A DNA stretch of 64,000 nucleotides from NCBI RefSeq assembly GCF_003334335.1, contig NZ_QOWQ01000002.1. The stretch is one strand, 5' to 3'. Positions 1-13,192 of the stretch are shown in pieces (the stretch's first letter is position 1; each line of letters opens with the position of its first letter). The notes under the pieces are model-generated. The model was given only the letters and a program-made list of their open reading frames with translations, ran no database searches and was not told the DNA's origin. Origin of the DNA: Escherichia coli. Lineage in GTDB: Bacteria > Pseudomonadota > Gammaproteobacteria > Enterobacterales > Enterobacteriaceae. The translations under genes and the position numbers were made by a program.

Positions 1-674
1 GGCGCAATTGAGTGATGCTCAGCGTCGTCGTAGAGAATTTTGTCATAAATTTCATCGGCGAAGATAATGAGATTATGCTGACGTGCAATCTCCACAATCT
101 CCATTAAAAGCTCTTTGGAATATACCGCGCCGGTTGGGTTATTTGGGTTGATAATAACGATCCCACGCGTACGAGGCGTAATTTTAGCGCGAATATCATC
201 GAGGTCCGGGAACCAGTCAGAGGATTCATCGCAAAGATAATGCACCGCTTTACCGCTGGAAAGCGAAACCGCCGCGGTCCAGAGTGGGTAATCTGGTGCA
301 GGAACCAACATTTCGTCCCCGCTGTTCAGCAATGCCTGCATTGCCTGAACGATAAGCTCCGATACACCATTGCCGATGTAAATATCTTCCACGGTAACAT
401 CACGCATGCCACGAGCCTGGTAGTGCTGCATGATGGCTTTACGCGCGGAGTAAAGACCTTTGGAATCGCAATACCCTTGAGCGGTAGGCAGGTTGCGTAT
501 CACGTCAACGAGGATTTCATCTGGCGCGTCAAAACCGAACGGGGCTGGGTTGCCGATGTTCAGTTTCAGTACCTTGTTACCTTCTTCTTCCAGGCGTTTT
601 GCTTCTTTCAGCACCGGACCACGGATGTCATAACAGACATTCTCTAATTTGCTGGATTTTTCAATGGGGGACAT
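1..674 (-). CDS. alaA: Glutamate-pyruvate aminotransferase AlaA, N-terminal part only (gene continues beyond window start)
   Basis: Minus-strand frame runs off the window edge; ATG at 672-674 gives MSPIEK..., matching recalled AlaA/YfbQ N-terminus. Track ORF 240..647(+) is its antisense shadow. Confidence 0.8.
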   Translation of the reverse strand, partial: MSPIEKSSKLENVCYDIRGPVLKEAKRLEEEGNKVLKLNIGNPAPFGFDAPDEILVDVIRNLPTAQGYCDSKGLYSARKAIMQHYQARGMRDVTVEDIYIGNGVSELIVQAMQALLNSGDEMLVPAPDYPLWTAAVSLSSGKAVHYLCDESSDWFPDLDDIRAKITPRTRGIVIINPNNPTGAVYSKELLMEIVEIARQHNLIIFADEIYDKILYDDAEHHSIA

Positions 675-1590
675 GAATCTTGACCTTTTTTGCTGTTATC
701 GCCACTCCCTGCCGTGGAAGTCAGCTTAGAACAATGTACTCCCCCAGGACGGTGTTTTGAAGGTCTGCAGAATAAGATTTTGCCAGAGGGGAAGGCTCGA
801 TTGTGCTATTAATAACTTAATAATGACAAAATAATGAGGTGTACATGCTTTACATGCAATGTTATATAGTGAATTGTTCTGATTCTTAATTGTAAGTCTG
901 GTTTTTTTATCTGTAAGATAATTGTGTGAAAATGCCTCATTTAAGAATTCACTAATGAAACGCGATGATGATATTTCCTCATTACGGAGAGTTTAACTGC
1001 GTGATGATTTCCGAGGTGTCGCAATGGGGGCAAGGTGTGAAACTATTGTTAAGCGGAATTAATGAATGAGGATGATGCTAATTAATTATTATTTAATATT
1101 CAAAAAGGTTTTGATGTGCTTATTAATAATAGAAGATTACTTTGCCTAACATAACATAACTTTGCATCAGATAATTCGCAATGACCCTTATAAATAAAAG
1201 GTTTTTGGGGTAAAATGCTCGGATAAATGACGGATCCCTGCTCTTGATGCCGCCTCACCATTGCTGTTGGTACGTGTTCGCGTATGACCAGCGATGCTGC
1301 ACGAGAGTGGAACAAGGACTCACATTTACATTTATACAAACACGCGCATGTCATAAATAGAAAAGAGTGAGTAACTTAATAGATATGCGATCCCTGAAGA
1401 TATATTCTGTGATCTACTTCAGGCATTATAACGGAACAATGTGAGTCGCTTTTTTAGTGCAACTCATATGCATTTTTACTTTCGTCCGGGTTCCGGATGA
1501 AACTGCCAGGGAGGCACATTACAAATGGAATTGCTTGTTTGTGTGTGCACAGCATTAACCAGCTCAGTATGAGCCGCCAGTAAGTGATAA

Positions 1591-2532
<942 letters not shown>

Positions 2533-2577
2533 TCGACGGACGATAGATAATTCCTGAGACAATAGTGTAAAAAACGA

Positions 2578-2615
2578 GCCGCTGGGGGTGTTTTAAACCC
2601 CAGCGGCTTTTTTTT
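2578..2615 (+). terminator. Rho-independent terminator after lrhA
   Basis: GC-rich inverted repeat gccgctgggg / ccccagcggc followed by a run of 8 T. Confidence 0.7.
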
Positions 2616-3162
2616 AGTAAAAATCCTTCATCGCATAGTGCAGAACGTACAAAACTGTTCATTTTTCAACCACCAGAGATTCACGTCCCGAACGCACAAA
2701 TAATCGCCTGAAAAAAATCACCTGCTACAATGATGTTAAAAAATACGTAAATTTGTTGCTGCGTTTTTGTTATGGAATGACAAAAGCGTGTCACAGATCA
2801 AGAAAATACTCTCTTTTGGGGGGAGGAATCGACACAAATTCCTGTCAAAATAGACCCGTATTTTTTCCATTGCTTCACAACGGACACGATTCAACAACAT
2901 CTAATTATCCTGGAGTCGTCAAGGATCTGGGGTGAAAGGGCATTAAATGCTAATGGTGTTGATATTATGTAAACTAATGTGAAGAAACTTTTGTTAAAGT
3001 TGACAAAAGGTTATAGAAAGGAGTAAAAAACCACATCAATTAGCTGTATAAAAGAATTTCTACAGTGATTGTAAGGTTTTTTTTATTCCTCCCCATGAAT
3101 CGATGTGGCGTCCATCTGCCGTGAAGAGCAGTGAATCTGGCGCTACTTTTGATGAGTAAGCA

Positions 3163-3606
3163 ATGAGTATGTCAACATCCACTGAAGTCATCGCTCATCA
3201 CTGGGCATTCGCTATCTTTCTTATCGTTGCCATTGGCCTGTGTTGCCTGATGCTGGTAGGCGGTTGGTTTTTAGGCGGTCGCGCACGCGCGAGGTCGAAA
3301 AACGTGCCGTTTGAATCCGGTATCGACTCGGTCGGCTCCGCCCGCTTACGCCTGTCCGCCAAGTTTTATCTGGTGGCCATGTTCTTCGTTATCTTCGACG
3401 TTGAAGCGCTGTATCTGTTCGCATGGTCAACCTCTATCCGCGAAAGCGGCTGGGTAGGCTTTGTGGAAGCTGCAATTTTTATTTTTGTGTTACTGGCAGG
3501 TCTGGTTTATCTGGTGCGTATTGGCGCGCTGGACTGGACGCCCGCGCGTTCACGCCGCGAGCGTATGAACCCGGAAACGAACAGTATCGCTAATCGTCAA
3601 CGCTAA
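3163..3606 (+). CDS. nuoA: NADH:quinone oxidoreductase subunit A
   Basis: 147-aa hydrophobic ORF, first gene of the 13-gene nuo cluster. Confidence 0.9.
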
Positions 3607-3621
3607 CCGCGAGGCATTAAG

Positions 3622-4284
3622 ATGGATTATACGCTCACCCGCATAGATCCCAACGGTGAGAACGACCGTTACCCCCTGCAAAAGCAGGAGATCGTAACCG
3701 ACCCTCTGGAGCAAGAAGTTAACAAAAACGTGTTTATGGGCAAGCTCAATGACATGGTTAACTGGGGGCGTAAAAACTCAATTTGGCCGTATAACTTCGG
3801 TCTTTCCTGCTGTTACGTTGAGATGGTGACTTCGTTTACCGCGGTGCATGACGTGGCGCGTTTTGGCGCAGAAGTATTGCGTGCTTCGCCGCGTCAGGCT
3901 GACCTGATGGTGGTTGCAGGAACCTGCTTTACCAAAATGGCACCGGTTATTCAGCGTCTGTATGACCAGATGCTGGAACCAAAATGGGTTATCTCAATGG
4001 GTGCCTGTGCCAACTCTGGTGGTATGTACGATATTTATTCCGTTGTGCAGGGCGTCGATAAATTCATCCCGGTTGATGTGTATATCCCGGGCTGCCCGCC
4101 GCGTCCTGAAGCGTACATGCAGGCACTGATGCTGTTGCAGGAATCTATCGGCAAAGAACGTCGTCCGCTCTCCTGGGTGGTTGGCGATCAGGGCGTTTAT
4201 CGCGCCAATATGCAATCAGAGCGCGAACGCAAGCGCGGTGAACGCATTGCCGTAACTAACCTGCGTACACCTGACGAGATTTAA
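3622..4284 (+). CDS. nuoB: NADH:quinone oxidoreductase subunit B (Fe-S cluster N2)
   Basis: 220 aa; conserved cysteine motifs (CCYVEM, GTCF, GCPP). Confidence 0.9.
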
Positions 4285-4389
4285 TTTGCGCCTGTCGGCA
4301 AAGGGATTTTTCTTCGCTTATTCCTAAATCTATTTCGCGAAGCTTACTGCGCCGACAGTCACCACGGACCATTTGCAATGGTGAACAAT

Positions 4390-6180
4390 ATGACCGACTT
4401 AACCGCGCAAGAACCCGCCTGGCAGACCCGCGATCATCTTGATGATCCGGTGATTGGCGAACTGCGCAACCGTTTTGGGCCGGATGCCTTTACTGTTCAG
4501 GCGACTCGCACCGGGGTTCCCGTTGTGTGGATCAAGCGTGAACAATTACTGGAAGTTGGCGATTTCTTAAAGAAACTGCCGAAACCTTACGTCATGCTGT
4601 TTGACTTACACGGCATGGACGAACGTCTGCGCACACACCGCGAAGGGTTACCTGCCGCGGATTTTTCCGTTTTCTACCATCTGATTTCTATCGATCGTAA
4701 CCGCGACATCATGCTGAAGGTGGCGCTGGCAGAAAACGACCTGCACGTACCGACCTTCACCAAACTGTTCCCGAACGCTAACTGGTATGAGCGTGAAACC
4801 TGGGATCTGTTTGGCATTACTTTCGACGGTCACCCGAACCTGCGACGCATCATGATGCCGCAAACCTGGAAAGGTCACCCGCTGCGTAAAGATTATCCGG
4901 CGCGCGCTACCGAATTCTCGCCGTTTGAGCTGACCAAAGCCAAACAGGATCTGGAGATGGAAGCCCTGACCTTCAAACCGGAAGAGTGGGGGATGAAGCG
5001 CGGCACCGAAAACGAGGACTTCATGTTCCTCAACCTCGGTCCGAACCACCCGTCGGCGCACGGGGCTTTCCGTATCGTTTTGCAACTCGATGGCGAAGAG
5101 ATTGTCGACTGCGTACCAGACATCGGTTACCACCACCGTGGTGCGGAGAAAATGGGCGAACGCCAGTCCTGGCACAGCTACATTCCGTATACTGACCGTA
5201 TCGAATACCTCGGCGGCTGCGTTAACGAAATGCCTTACGTGCTGGCGGTAGAGAAACTGGCCGGGATCACCGTGCCGGATCGCGTTAACGTCATTCGCGT
5301 TATGCTCTCCGAACTGTTCCGCATCAACAGTCACCTGCTGTATATCTCGACCTTTATTCAGGACGTCGGCGCAATGACGCCAGTGTTCTTCGCCTTTACC
5401 GATCGTCAGAAAATTTACGATCTGGTGGAAGCAATCACTGGTTTCCGTATGCACCCGGCGTGGTTCCGTATTGGCGGCGTAGCGCACGACCTGCCGCGCG
5501 GCTGGGATCGCCTGCTGCGTGAGTTCCTCGACTGGATGCCGAAACGTCTGGCGTCTTACGAGAAAGCGGCGCTGCAAAACACCATTCTGAAAGGTCGTTC
5601 CCAGGGCGTTGCCGCCTATGGCGCGAAAGAGGCGCTGGAGTGGGGCACCACTGGCGCGGGCCTGCGTGCTACCGGGATCGACTTCGACGTGCGTAAGGCG
5701 CGTCCTTATTCTGGCTATGAAAACTTCGACTTTGAAATCCCGGTGGGTGGTGGCGTTTCTGACTGCTACACCCGCGTAATGCTTAAAGTGGAAGAGCTGC
5801 GCCAGAGTCTGCGCATTCTTGAGCAGTGCCTCAACAACATGCCGGAAGGCCCGTTCAAAGCGGATCACCCGCTGACCACGCCGCCGCCGAAAGAGCGCAC
5901 GCTGCAACATATCGAAACCCTGATCACCCACTTCCTGCAAGTGTCGTGGGGTCCGGTGATGCCTGCCAATGAATCTTTCCAGATGATTGAGGCGACCAAA
6001 GGGATCAACAGTTACTACCTGACCAGCGACGGCAGCACCATGAGTTACCGCACCCGTGTTCGTACCCCGAGCTTTGCGCATTTGCAGCAAATTCCGGCGG
6101 CGATCCGCGGCAGCCTGGTGTCTGACCTGATTGTTTATCTGGGCAGTATCGATTTTGTTATGTCAGATGTGGACCGCTAA
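4390..6180 (+). CDS. nuoC: NADH:quinone oxidoreductase fused subunit C/D
   Basis: Single long ORF covering both NuoC-like and NuoD-like halves. Start uncertain between ATG 4378 (track) and ATG 4390 (better spaced SD-like ggtga). Confidence 0.85.
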
Positions 6181-6182
6181 TT

Positions 6183-6683
6183 ATGCACGAGAATCAACAA
6201 CCACAAACCGAGGCTTTTGAGCTGAGTGCGGCAGAGCGTGAAGCGATCGAGCACGAGATGCACCACTACGAAGACCCGCGTGCGGCGTCCATTGAAGCGC
6301 TGAAAATCGTTCAGAAGCAGCGTGGCTGGGTGCCGGATGGTGCGATCCACGCGATCGCCGATGTGCTGGGTATTCCGGCAAGCGACGTCGAAGGTGTGGC
6401 AACGTTCTACAGTCAGATCTTCCGCCAGCCGGTTGGTCGCCATGTGATCCGTTATTGTGACAGCGTGGTCTGTCATATCAACGGTTATCAGGGTATTCAG
6501 GCGGCGCTCGAGAAAAAGCTGAACATCAAACCAGGGCAAACGACATTTGATGGCCGCTTTACGCTGCTGCCAACTTGCTGCCTGGGGAACTGTGATAAAG
6601 GGCCAAACATGATGATCGATGAGGACACTCACGCGCATCTGACCCCGGAAGCGATCCCTGAACTGCTGGAGCGGTATAAATGA
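6183..6683 (+). CDS. nuoE: NADH:quinone oxidoreductase subunit E (2Fe-2S)
   Basis: 166 aa; cysteine motifs CDSVVC...CCLGNC; start 3 nt after nuoC stop. Confidence 0.9.
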
Positions 6684-8017
6684 AAAACATTATCCGTACT
6701 CCCGAAACGCATCCGCTGACCTGGCGTCTGCGCGATGACAAACAGCCAGTGTGGCTGGACGAATACCGCAGCAAAAACGGTTACGAAGGCGCGCGTAAGG
6801 CGCTGACCGGGCTGTCTCCGGACGAAATCGTTAATCAGGTAAAAGACGCTGGTCTGAAAGGGCGCGGCGGCGCGGGCTTCTCGACTGGCCTGAAATGGAG
6901 CCTGATGCCGAAAGACGAATCCATGAACATCCGTTACCTGCTGTGTAATGCCGATGAAATGGAGCCGGGCACCTATAAAGACCGCCTGTTGATGGAGCAA
7001 CTGCCGCACCTGCTGGTGGAAGGTATGCTCATCTCCGCGTTTGCGCTGAAAGCTTACCGTGGCTACATCTTCCTGCGTGGCGAATATATCGAAGCGGCAG
7101 TTAATCTGCGCCGTGCCATTGCCGAAGCCACCGAAGCGGGTCTGCTTGGCAAAAACATTATGGGAACAGGTTTCGATTTCGAACTGTTCGTCCATACCGG
7201 GGCAGGGCGCTACATCTGCGGGGAAGAAACAGCGTTAATCAACTCCCTGGAAGGACGTCGTGCTAACCCACGCTCGAAGCCACCCTTCCCGGCAACCTCC
7301 GGCGCATGGGGTAAACCGACCTGTGTCAACAACGTCGAAACCCTGTGTAACGTTCCGGCGATCCTCGCTAACGGCGTGGAGTGGTATCAGAACATCTCGA
7401 AAAGTAAAGATGCTGGCACCAAGCTGATGGGCTTCTCCGGTCGGGTGAAAAATCCGGGACTGTGGGAACTGCCGTTCGGCACCACCGCACGCGAGATCCT
7501 CGAAGATTACGCCGGTGGTATGCGTGATGGTCTGAAATTTAAAGCCTGGCAGCCAGGCGGCGCGGGGACTGACTTCCTGACCGAAGCGCACCTTGATCTG
7601 CCGATGGAATTCGAAAGTATCGGTAAAGCGGGCAGCCGTCTGGGTACGGCGCTGGCGATGGCGGTTGACCATGAGATCAACATGGTGTCGCTGGTGCGTA
7701 ACCTGGAAGAGTTTTTCGCCCGTGAGTCCTGCGGCTGGTGTACGCCGTGCCGCGACGGTCTGCCGTGGAGCGTGAAAATTCTGCGTGCGCTGGAGCGTGG
7801 TGAAGGTCAGCCGGGCGATATCGAAACACTTGAGCAACTGTGTCGATTCTTAGGCCCGGGTAAAACTTTCTGTGCCCACGCACCTGGTGCAGTGGAGCCG
7901 TTACAGAGCGCCATCAAATATTTCCGCGAAGAATTTGAGGCGGGAATCAAACAGCCGTTCAGCAATACCCATTTGATTAATGGGATTCAGCCGAACCTGC
8001 TGAAAGAGCGCTGGTAA
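6680..8017 (+). CDS. nuoF: NADH:quinone oxidoreductase subunit F (NADH/FMN-binding)
   Basis: 445 aa; glycine-rich GRGGAGF motif and C-terminal CGWCTPC Fe-S motif; 4-nt overlap with nuoE. Confidence 0.9.
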   Translation: MKNIIRTPETHPLTWRLRDDKQPVWLDEYRSKNGYEGARKALTGLSPDEIVNQVKDAGLKGRGGAGFSTGLKWSLMPKDESMNIRYLLCNADEMEPGTYKDRLLMEQLPHLLVEGMLISAFALKAYRGYIFLRGEYIEAAVNLRRAIAEATEAGLLGKNIMGTGFDFELFVHTGAGRYICGEETALINSLEGRRANPRSKPPFPATSGAWGKPTCVNNVETLCNVPAILANGVEWYQNISKSKDAGTKLMGFSGRVKNPGLWELPFGTTAREILEDYAGGMRDGLKFKAWQPGGAGTDFLTEAHLDLPMEFESIGKAGSRLGTALAMAVDHEINMVSLVRNLEEFFARESCGWCTPCRDGLPWSVKILRALERGEGQPGDIETLEQLCRFLGPGKTFCAHAPGAVEPLQSAIKYFREEFEAGIKQPFSNTHLINGIQPNLLKERW

Positions 8018-8069
8018 CCGAATTTCGATTAACGCTCAGTCTCTGACTGAGAAAACTGGAAGCATGCTA

Positions 8070-10796
8070 ATGGCTACAATTCATGTAGACGGCAAAGAAT
8101 ACGAGGTCAACGGAGCGGACAACCTGCTGGAAGCTTGTCTGTCTCTGGGCCTTGATATTCCTTACTTTTGCTGGCATCCGGCGCTGGGAAGTGTCGGTGC
8201 TTGCCGCCAGTGTGCGGTGAAGCAATACCAAAACGCGGAAGACACGCGTGGTCGCCTGGTGATGTCCTGTATGACACCGGCTTCCGATGGCACCTTTATT
8301 TCCATTGACGACGAAGAAGCGAAACAGTTCCGTGAAAGCGTGGTCGAGTGGTTGATGACCAACCACCCGCACGACTGTCCGGTATGTGAAGAGGGCGGTA
8401 ACTGCCATCTTCAGGATATGACTGTGATGACCGGACACAGCTTCCGTCGCTACCGTTTCACCAAACGTACCCACCGTAATCAGGATTTGGGGCCATTCAT
8501 CTCTCACGAAATGAACCGCTGCATCGCCTGCTACCGCTGTGTGCGTTACTACAAAGATTACGCTGACGGTACAGATCTGGGCGTTTACGGTGCGCACGAC
8601 AACGTCTACTTCGGTCGCCCGGAAGACGGCACGCTGGAAAGCGAATTTTCCGGTAACCTGGTCGAAATTTGCCCGACCGGCGTATTTACCGACAAAACGC
8701 ACTCCGAGCGTTACAACCGTAAATGGGATATGCAGTTTGCGCCGAGCATCTGCCAGCAATGTTCCATCGGCTGTAACATCAGCCCCGGTGAACGTTACGG
8801 CGAACTGCGTCGTATCGAAAACCGTTACAACGGTACGGTAAACCACTACTTCCTCTGCGACCGTGGTCGTTTCGGTTACGGTTACGTCAACCTGAAGGAT
8901 CGTCCGCGTCAGCCAGTACAGCGTCGTGGCGATGATTTCATTACCCTCAACGCCGAACAGGCAATGCAGGGCGCGGCAGATATTCTGCGTCAGTCGAAGA
9001 AAGTGATCGGTATTGGTTCTCCGCGTGCCAGCGTGGAAAGCAACTTTGCGCTGCGTGAACTGGTGGGCGAAGAAAACTTCTACACCGGTATCGCTCACGG
9101 TGAGCAGGAACGTCTGCAACTGGCGCTGAAAGTGCTGCGTGAAGGCGGCATTTATACTCCGGCTCTGCGCGAAATCGAATCTTACGATGCGGTACTGGTG
9201 CTGGGCGAAGACGTTACCCAGACCGGCGCGCGCGTCGCGCTGGCAGTGCGTCAGGCTGTGAAAGGTAAAGCGCGCGAAATGGCGGCAGCACAGAAAGTGG
9301 CTGACTGGCAGATTGCGGCAATCCTCAACATCGGTCAACGTGCGAAGCATCCGCTGTTTGTTACCAACGTTGATGACACCCGTCTGGATGATATCGCGGC
9401 GTGGACTTACCGCGCACCGGTTGAAGATCAGGCGCGTTTAGGTTTTGCCATCGCCCATGCGCTGGATAACTCTGCACCAGCGGTTGACGGTATCGAACCT
9501 GAGCTGCAAAGCAAAATCGACGTCATCGTGCAGGCACTGGCAGGTGCGAAGAAACCGTTGATTATCTCCGGGACGAACGCCGGTAGCTTAGAGGTGATTC
9601 AGGCGGCGGCTAACGTCGCGAAAGCCCTGAAAGGTCGCGGCGCTGACGTCGGTATCACCATGATTGCCCGTTCCGTCAACAGCATGGGGCTGGGCATTAT
9701 GGGTGGCGGTTCGCTTGAAGAAGCGTTAACCGAACTGGAAACCGGACGCGCCGACGCGGTGGTGGTGTTGGAAAACGATCTGCATCGTCACGCTTCTGCT
9801 ATCCGCGTGAATGCTGCGCTGGCTAAAGCACCGCTGGTGATGGTGGTTGATCATCAACGCACAGCGATTATGGAAAACGCCCATCTGGTACTTTCTGCTG
9901 CCAGCTTTGCTGAAAGCGACGGTACGGTGATCAACAACGAAGGCCGCGCCCAACGTTTCTTCCAGGTTTACGATCCTGCTTATTACGACAGCAAAACTGT
10001 CATGCTGGAAAGCTGGCGCTGGTTACACTCGCTGCACAGCACCCTGCTGAGCCGTGAAGTGGACTGGACGCAGCTCGACCATGTGATTGACGCTGTTGTG
10101 GCGAAAATCCCGGAACTGGCAGGTATCAAAGATGCTGCGCCGGATGCGACATTCCGTATTCGTGGGCAGAAACTGGCCCGTGAACCGCACCGTTACAGCG
10201 GTCGTACCGCCATGCGCGCCAATATCAGCGTTCATGAGCCGCGTCAGCCGCAGGATATTGACACCATGTTCACCTTCTCGATGGAAGGTAACAACCAGCC
10301 GACTGCGCACCGTTCGCAAGTGCCGTTTGCCTGGGCGCCGGGCTGGAACTCCCCGCAGGCGTGGAACAAATTCCAGGACGAAGTGGGCGGCAAACTGCGC
10401 TTTGGCGATCCGGGCGTGCGTCTGTTTGAAACCAGCGAAAATGGTCTGGATTACTTCACCAGCGTACCGGCACGCTTCCAGCCGCAGGACGGGAAATGGC
10501 GTATCGCGCCGTATTACCACCTGTTTGGCAGCGATGAATTGTCACAGCGTGCTCCGGTCTTCCAGAGCCGTATGCCGCAGCCGTACATCAAACTCAACCC
10601 AGCGGATGCCGCGAAGTTGGGTGTGAACGCAGGTACACGCGTCTCCTTTAGTTACGATGGCAACACGGTCACGCTGCCGGTTGAAATCGCCGAAGGACTG
10701 ACGGCAGGGCAGGTGGGCTTGCCGATGGGTATGTCCGGCATTGCTCCGGTGCTGGCTGGCGCGCATCTTGAGGATCTCAAGGAGGCACAACAATGA
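8070..10796 (+). CDS. nuoG: NADH:quinone oxidoreductase subunit G
   Basis: About 908 aa; N-terminal ferredoxin-like cysteine clusters. Start chosen at second ATG ([11 protein letters not shown]) for better SD spacing; track starts 6 nt earlier. Confidence 0.9.
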
Positions 10797-11770
10797 GTTG
10801 GATATCACCGGAACTGATTGAGATCCTGCTGACCATCCTCAAAGCGGTGGTGATCCTGCTGGTGGTTGTCACCTGCGGGGCATTCATGAGCTTTGGCGAA
10901 CGTCGCCTGCTGGGTCTGTTCCAGAACCGTTACGGACCTAACCGTGTTGGCTGGGGCGGTTCGCTCCAGCTGGTTGCGGACATGATCAAAATGTTCTTTA
11001 AAGAAGACTGGATCCCGAAATTCTCGGATCGCGTCATCTTTACCCTGGCACCGATGATTGCCTTTACCTCGCTGCTGCTGGCCTTTGCGATTGTGCCAGT
11101 CAGTCCGGGTTGGGTGGTTGCCGACCTGAACATCGGGATTTTGTTCTTCCTGATGATGGCAGGTCTGGCGGTTTACGCGGTGCTGTTTGCGGGCTGGTCA
11201 AGTAACAACAAATACTCGTTGCTGGGTGCGATGCGTGCTTCTGCGCAGACCCTGAGCTACGAAGTGTTCCTCGGGCTTTCCTTGATGGGCGTGGTGGCGC
11301 AGGCCGGTTCATTCAACATGACCGACATCGTCAACAGCCAGGCGCATGTGTGGAACGTTATCCCGCAATTCTTTGGTTTTATTACCTTTGCCATCGCGGG
11401 CGTGGCGGTATGTCACCGTCACCCGTTTGACCAGCCGGAAGCCGAGCAGGAACTGGCGGATGGTTACCACATTGAATATTCCGGTATGAAGTTCGGTCTG
11501 TTCTTCGTGGGTGAGTACATCGGGATTGTGACCATCTCTGCATTGATGGTGACGCTGTTCTTCGGTGGCTGGCAAGGCCCGTTGTTACCGCCATTCATCT
11601 GGTTCGCGCTGAAAACCGCGTTCTTTATGATGATGTTCATTTTGATTCGTGCGTCGTTACCGCGTCCGCGTTATGACCAGGTAATGTCCTTCGGCTGGAA
11701 AATCTGCCTGCCGCTGACGCTGATCAACTTGCTGGTAACGGCGGCTGTCATTCTCTGGCAGGCGCAATAA
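10793..11770 (+). CDS. nuoH: NADH:quinone oxidoreductase subunit H (membrane)
   Basis: 325-aa polytopic membrane ORF; 4-nt overlap with nuoG stop. Confidence 0.9.
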
Positions 11771-11784
11771 GGGGCAATAAGACC

Positions 11785-12327
11785 ATGACCTTAAAAGAAT
11801 TGTTAGTAGGTTTCGGCACCCAGGTTCGTAGTATCTGGATGATCGGCCTGCACGCGTTCGCCAAACGCGAAACGCGAATGTACCCGGAAGAGCCGGTCTA
11901 TCTGCCGCCCCGTTATCGTGGTCGTATCGTTCTGACCCGCGACCCGGACGGCGAAGAGCGTTGCGTAGCCTGTAACCTCTGCGCGGTAGCCTGCCCGGTC
12001 GGCTGTATCTCGCTGCAAAAAGCAGAAACCAAAGACGGTCGCTGGTACCCGGAATTTTTCCGCATCAACTTCTCACGCTGCATTTTCTGTGGTCTGTGCG
12101 AAGAAGCCTGTCCGACCACGGCGATTCAGTTAACCCCGGATTTCGAAATGGGGGAATACAAGCGCCAGGATCTGGTTTACGAGAAAGAGGATCTGCTGAT
12201 CTCCGGTCCGGGCAAATACCCGGAATATAACTTCTACCGGATGGCAGGTATGGCAATCGACGGCAAAGATAAGGGCGAAGCAGAGAACGAAGCCAAGCCT
12301 ATCGACGTCAAGAGCCTGTTACCGTAA
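11785..12327 (+). CDS. nuoI: NADH:quinone oxidoreductase subunit I (2x 4Fe-4S ferredoxin)
   Basis: 180 aa; two CxxCxxCxxxCP motifs ([24 protein letters not shown]). Confidence 0.9.
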
Positions 12328-12338
12328 GGAGAGGGGCA

Positions 12339-12893
12339 ATGGAGTTCGCTTTTTATATCTGTGGCCTGATAGCCATACTTGCGACCTTGCGAGTGATCAC
12401 CCATACCAATCCGGTACACGCACTGCTGTACCTGATTATTTCGCTGCTGGCGATTTCCGGGGTGTTCTTCTCACTGGGCGCTTACTTCGCCGGTGCGCTG
12501 GAAATTATCGTCTACGCGGGTGCCATTATGGTGCTGTTCGTGTTCGTGGTGATGATGCTCAACCTGGGCGGTTCAGAAATCGAACAGGAACGCCAGTGGC
12601 TGAAACCGCAGGTGTGGATTGGTCCGGCAATTTTGTCGGCCATCATGCTGGTGGTGATTGTTTACGCCATCCTCGGTGTTAACGATCAGGGTATCGACGG
12701 TACGCCAATCAGTGCTAAAGCAGTGGGTATTACGCTGTTCGGGCCTTACGTACTGGCGGTGGAACTGGCTTCTATGCTGCTGCTCGCAGGTCTGGTTGTG
12801 GCCTTCCACGTCGGTCGTGAAGAGCGTGCGGGTGAAGTGCTGAGCAATCGTAAAGACGACAGCGCGAAAAGAAAAACGGAGGAGCACGCATGA
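12339..12893 (+). CDS. nuoJ: NADH:quinone oxidoreductase subunit J (membrane)
   Basis: 184-aa hydrophobic ORF in nuo order. Confidence 0.9.
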
Positions 12894-13192
12894 TCCCCTT
12901 ACAACATGGACTGATCCTCGCGGCAATCTTATTCGTTCTTGGCTTAACCGGTCTGGTTATCCGTCGCAATCTGCTGTTTATGTTGATTGGTCTGGAAATC
13001 ATGATTAACGCCTCCGCGCTGGCCTTCGTGGTCGCCGGAAGCTACTGGGGCCAGACCGACGGTCAGGTGATGTACATTCTCGCCATCAGCCTCGCGGCGG
13101 CAGAAGCGAGTATCGGCCTTGCGCTGCTGCTGCAACTTCACCGTCGTCGCCAGAACCTGAACATCGATTCAGTAAGTGAGATGCGCGGATGA
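12890..13192 (+). CDS. nuoK: NADH:quinone oxidoreductase subunit K (membrane)
   Basis: 100-aa hydrophobic ORF; 4-nt overlaps with nuoJ and nuoL. Confidence 0.9.

Noticed and set aside
240-647. 135-aa ORF on the plus strand at the window start
   Set aside because: It lies entirely inside and antisense to alaA, whose minus-strand frame gives the recognisable AlaA N-terminus.
2753-2935. 60-aa ORF inside the lrhA-nuoA intergenic region
   Set aside because: It sits in the AT-rich nuo promoter region with no SD and a low-complexity product; more likely regulatory DNA.
4287-4358. 8-bp inverted repeat (ctgtcggc ... gccgacag) about 52 nt apart in the nuoB-nuoC gap
   Set aside because: Short arms and long loop; could occur by chance and I cannot support a function.
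4648-6090. 480-aa antisense ORF inside nuoC, with similar long antisense ORFs at 8067..9350 (nuoG), 13204..14262 (nuoL), 29452..30102 (menD), 31251..32414 (menB) and 61583..62848 (nrdA)
   Set aside because: All are embedded antisense in well-supported genes; products are Arg/His/Gln-rich low-complexity strings typical of the reverse frame of GC-rich codon-biased genes, with no SD or independent start context.
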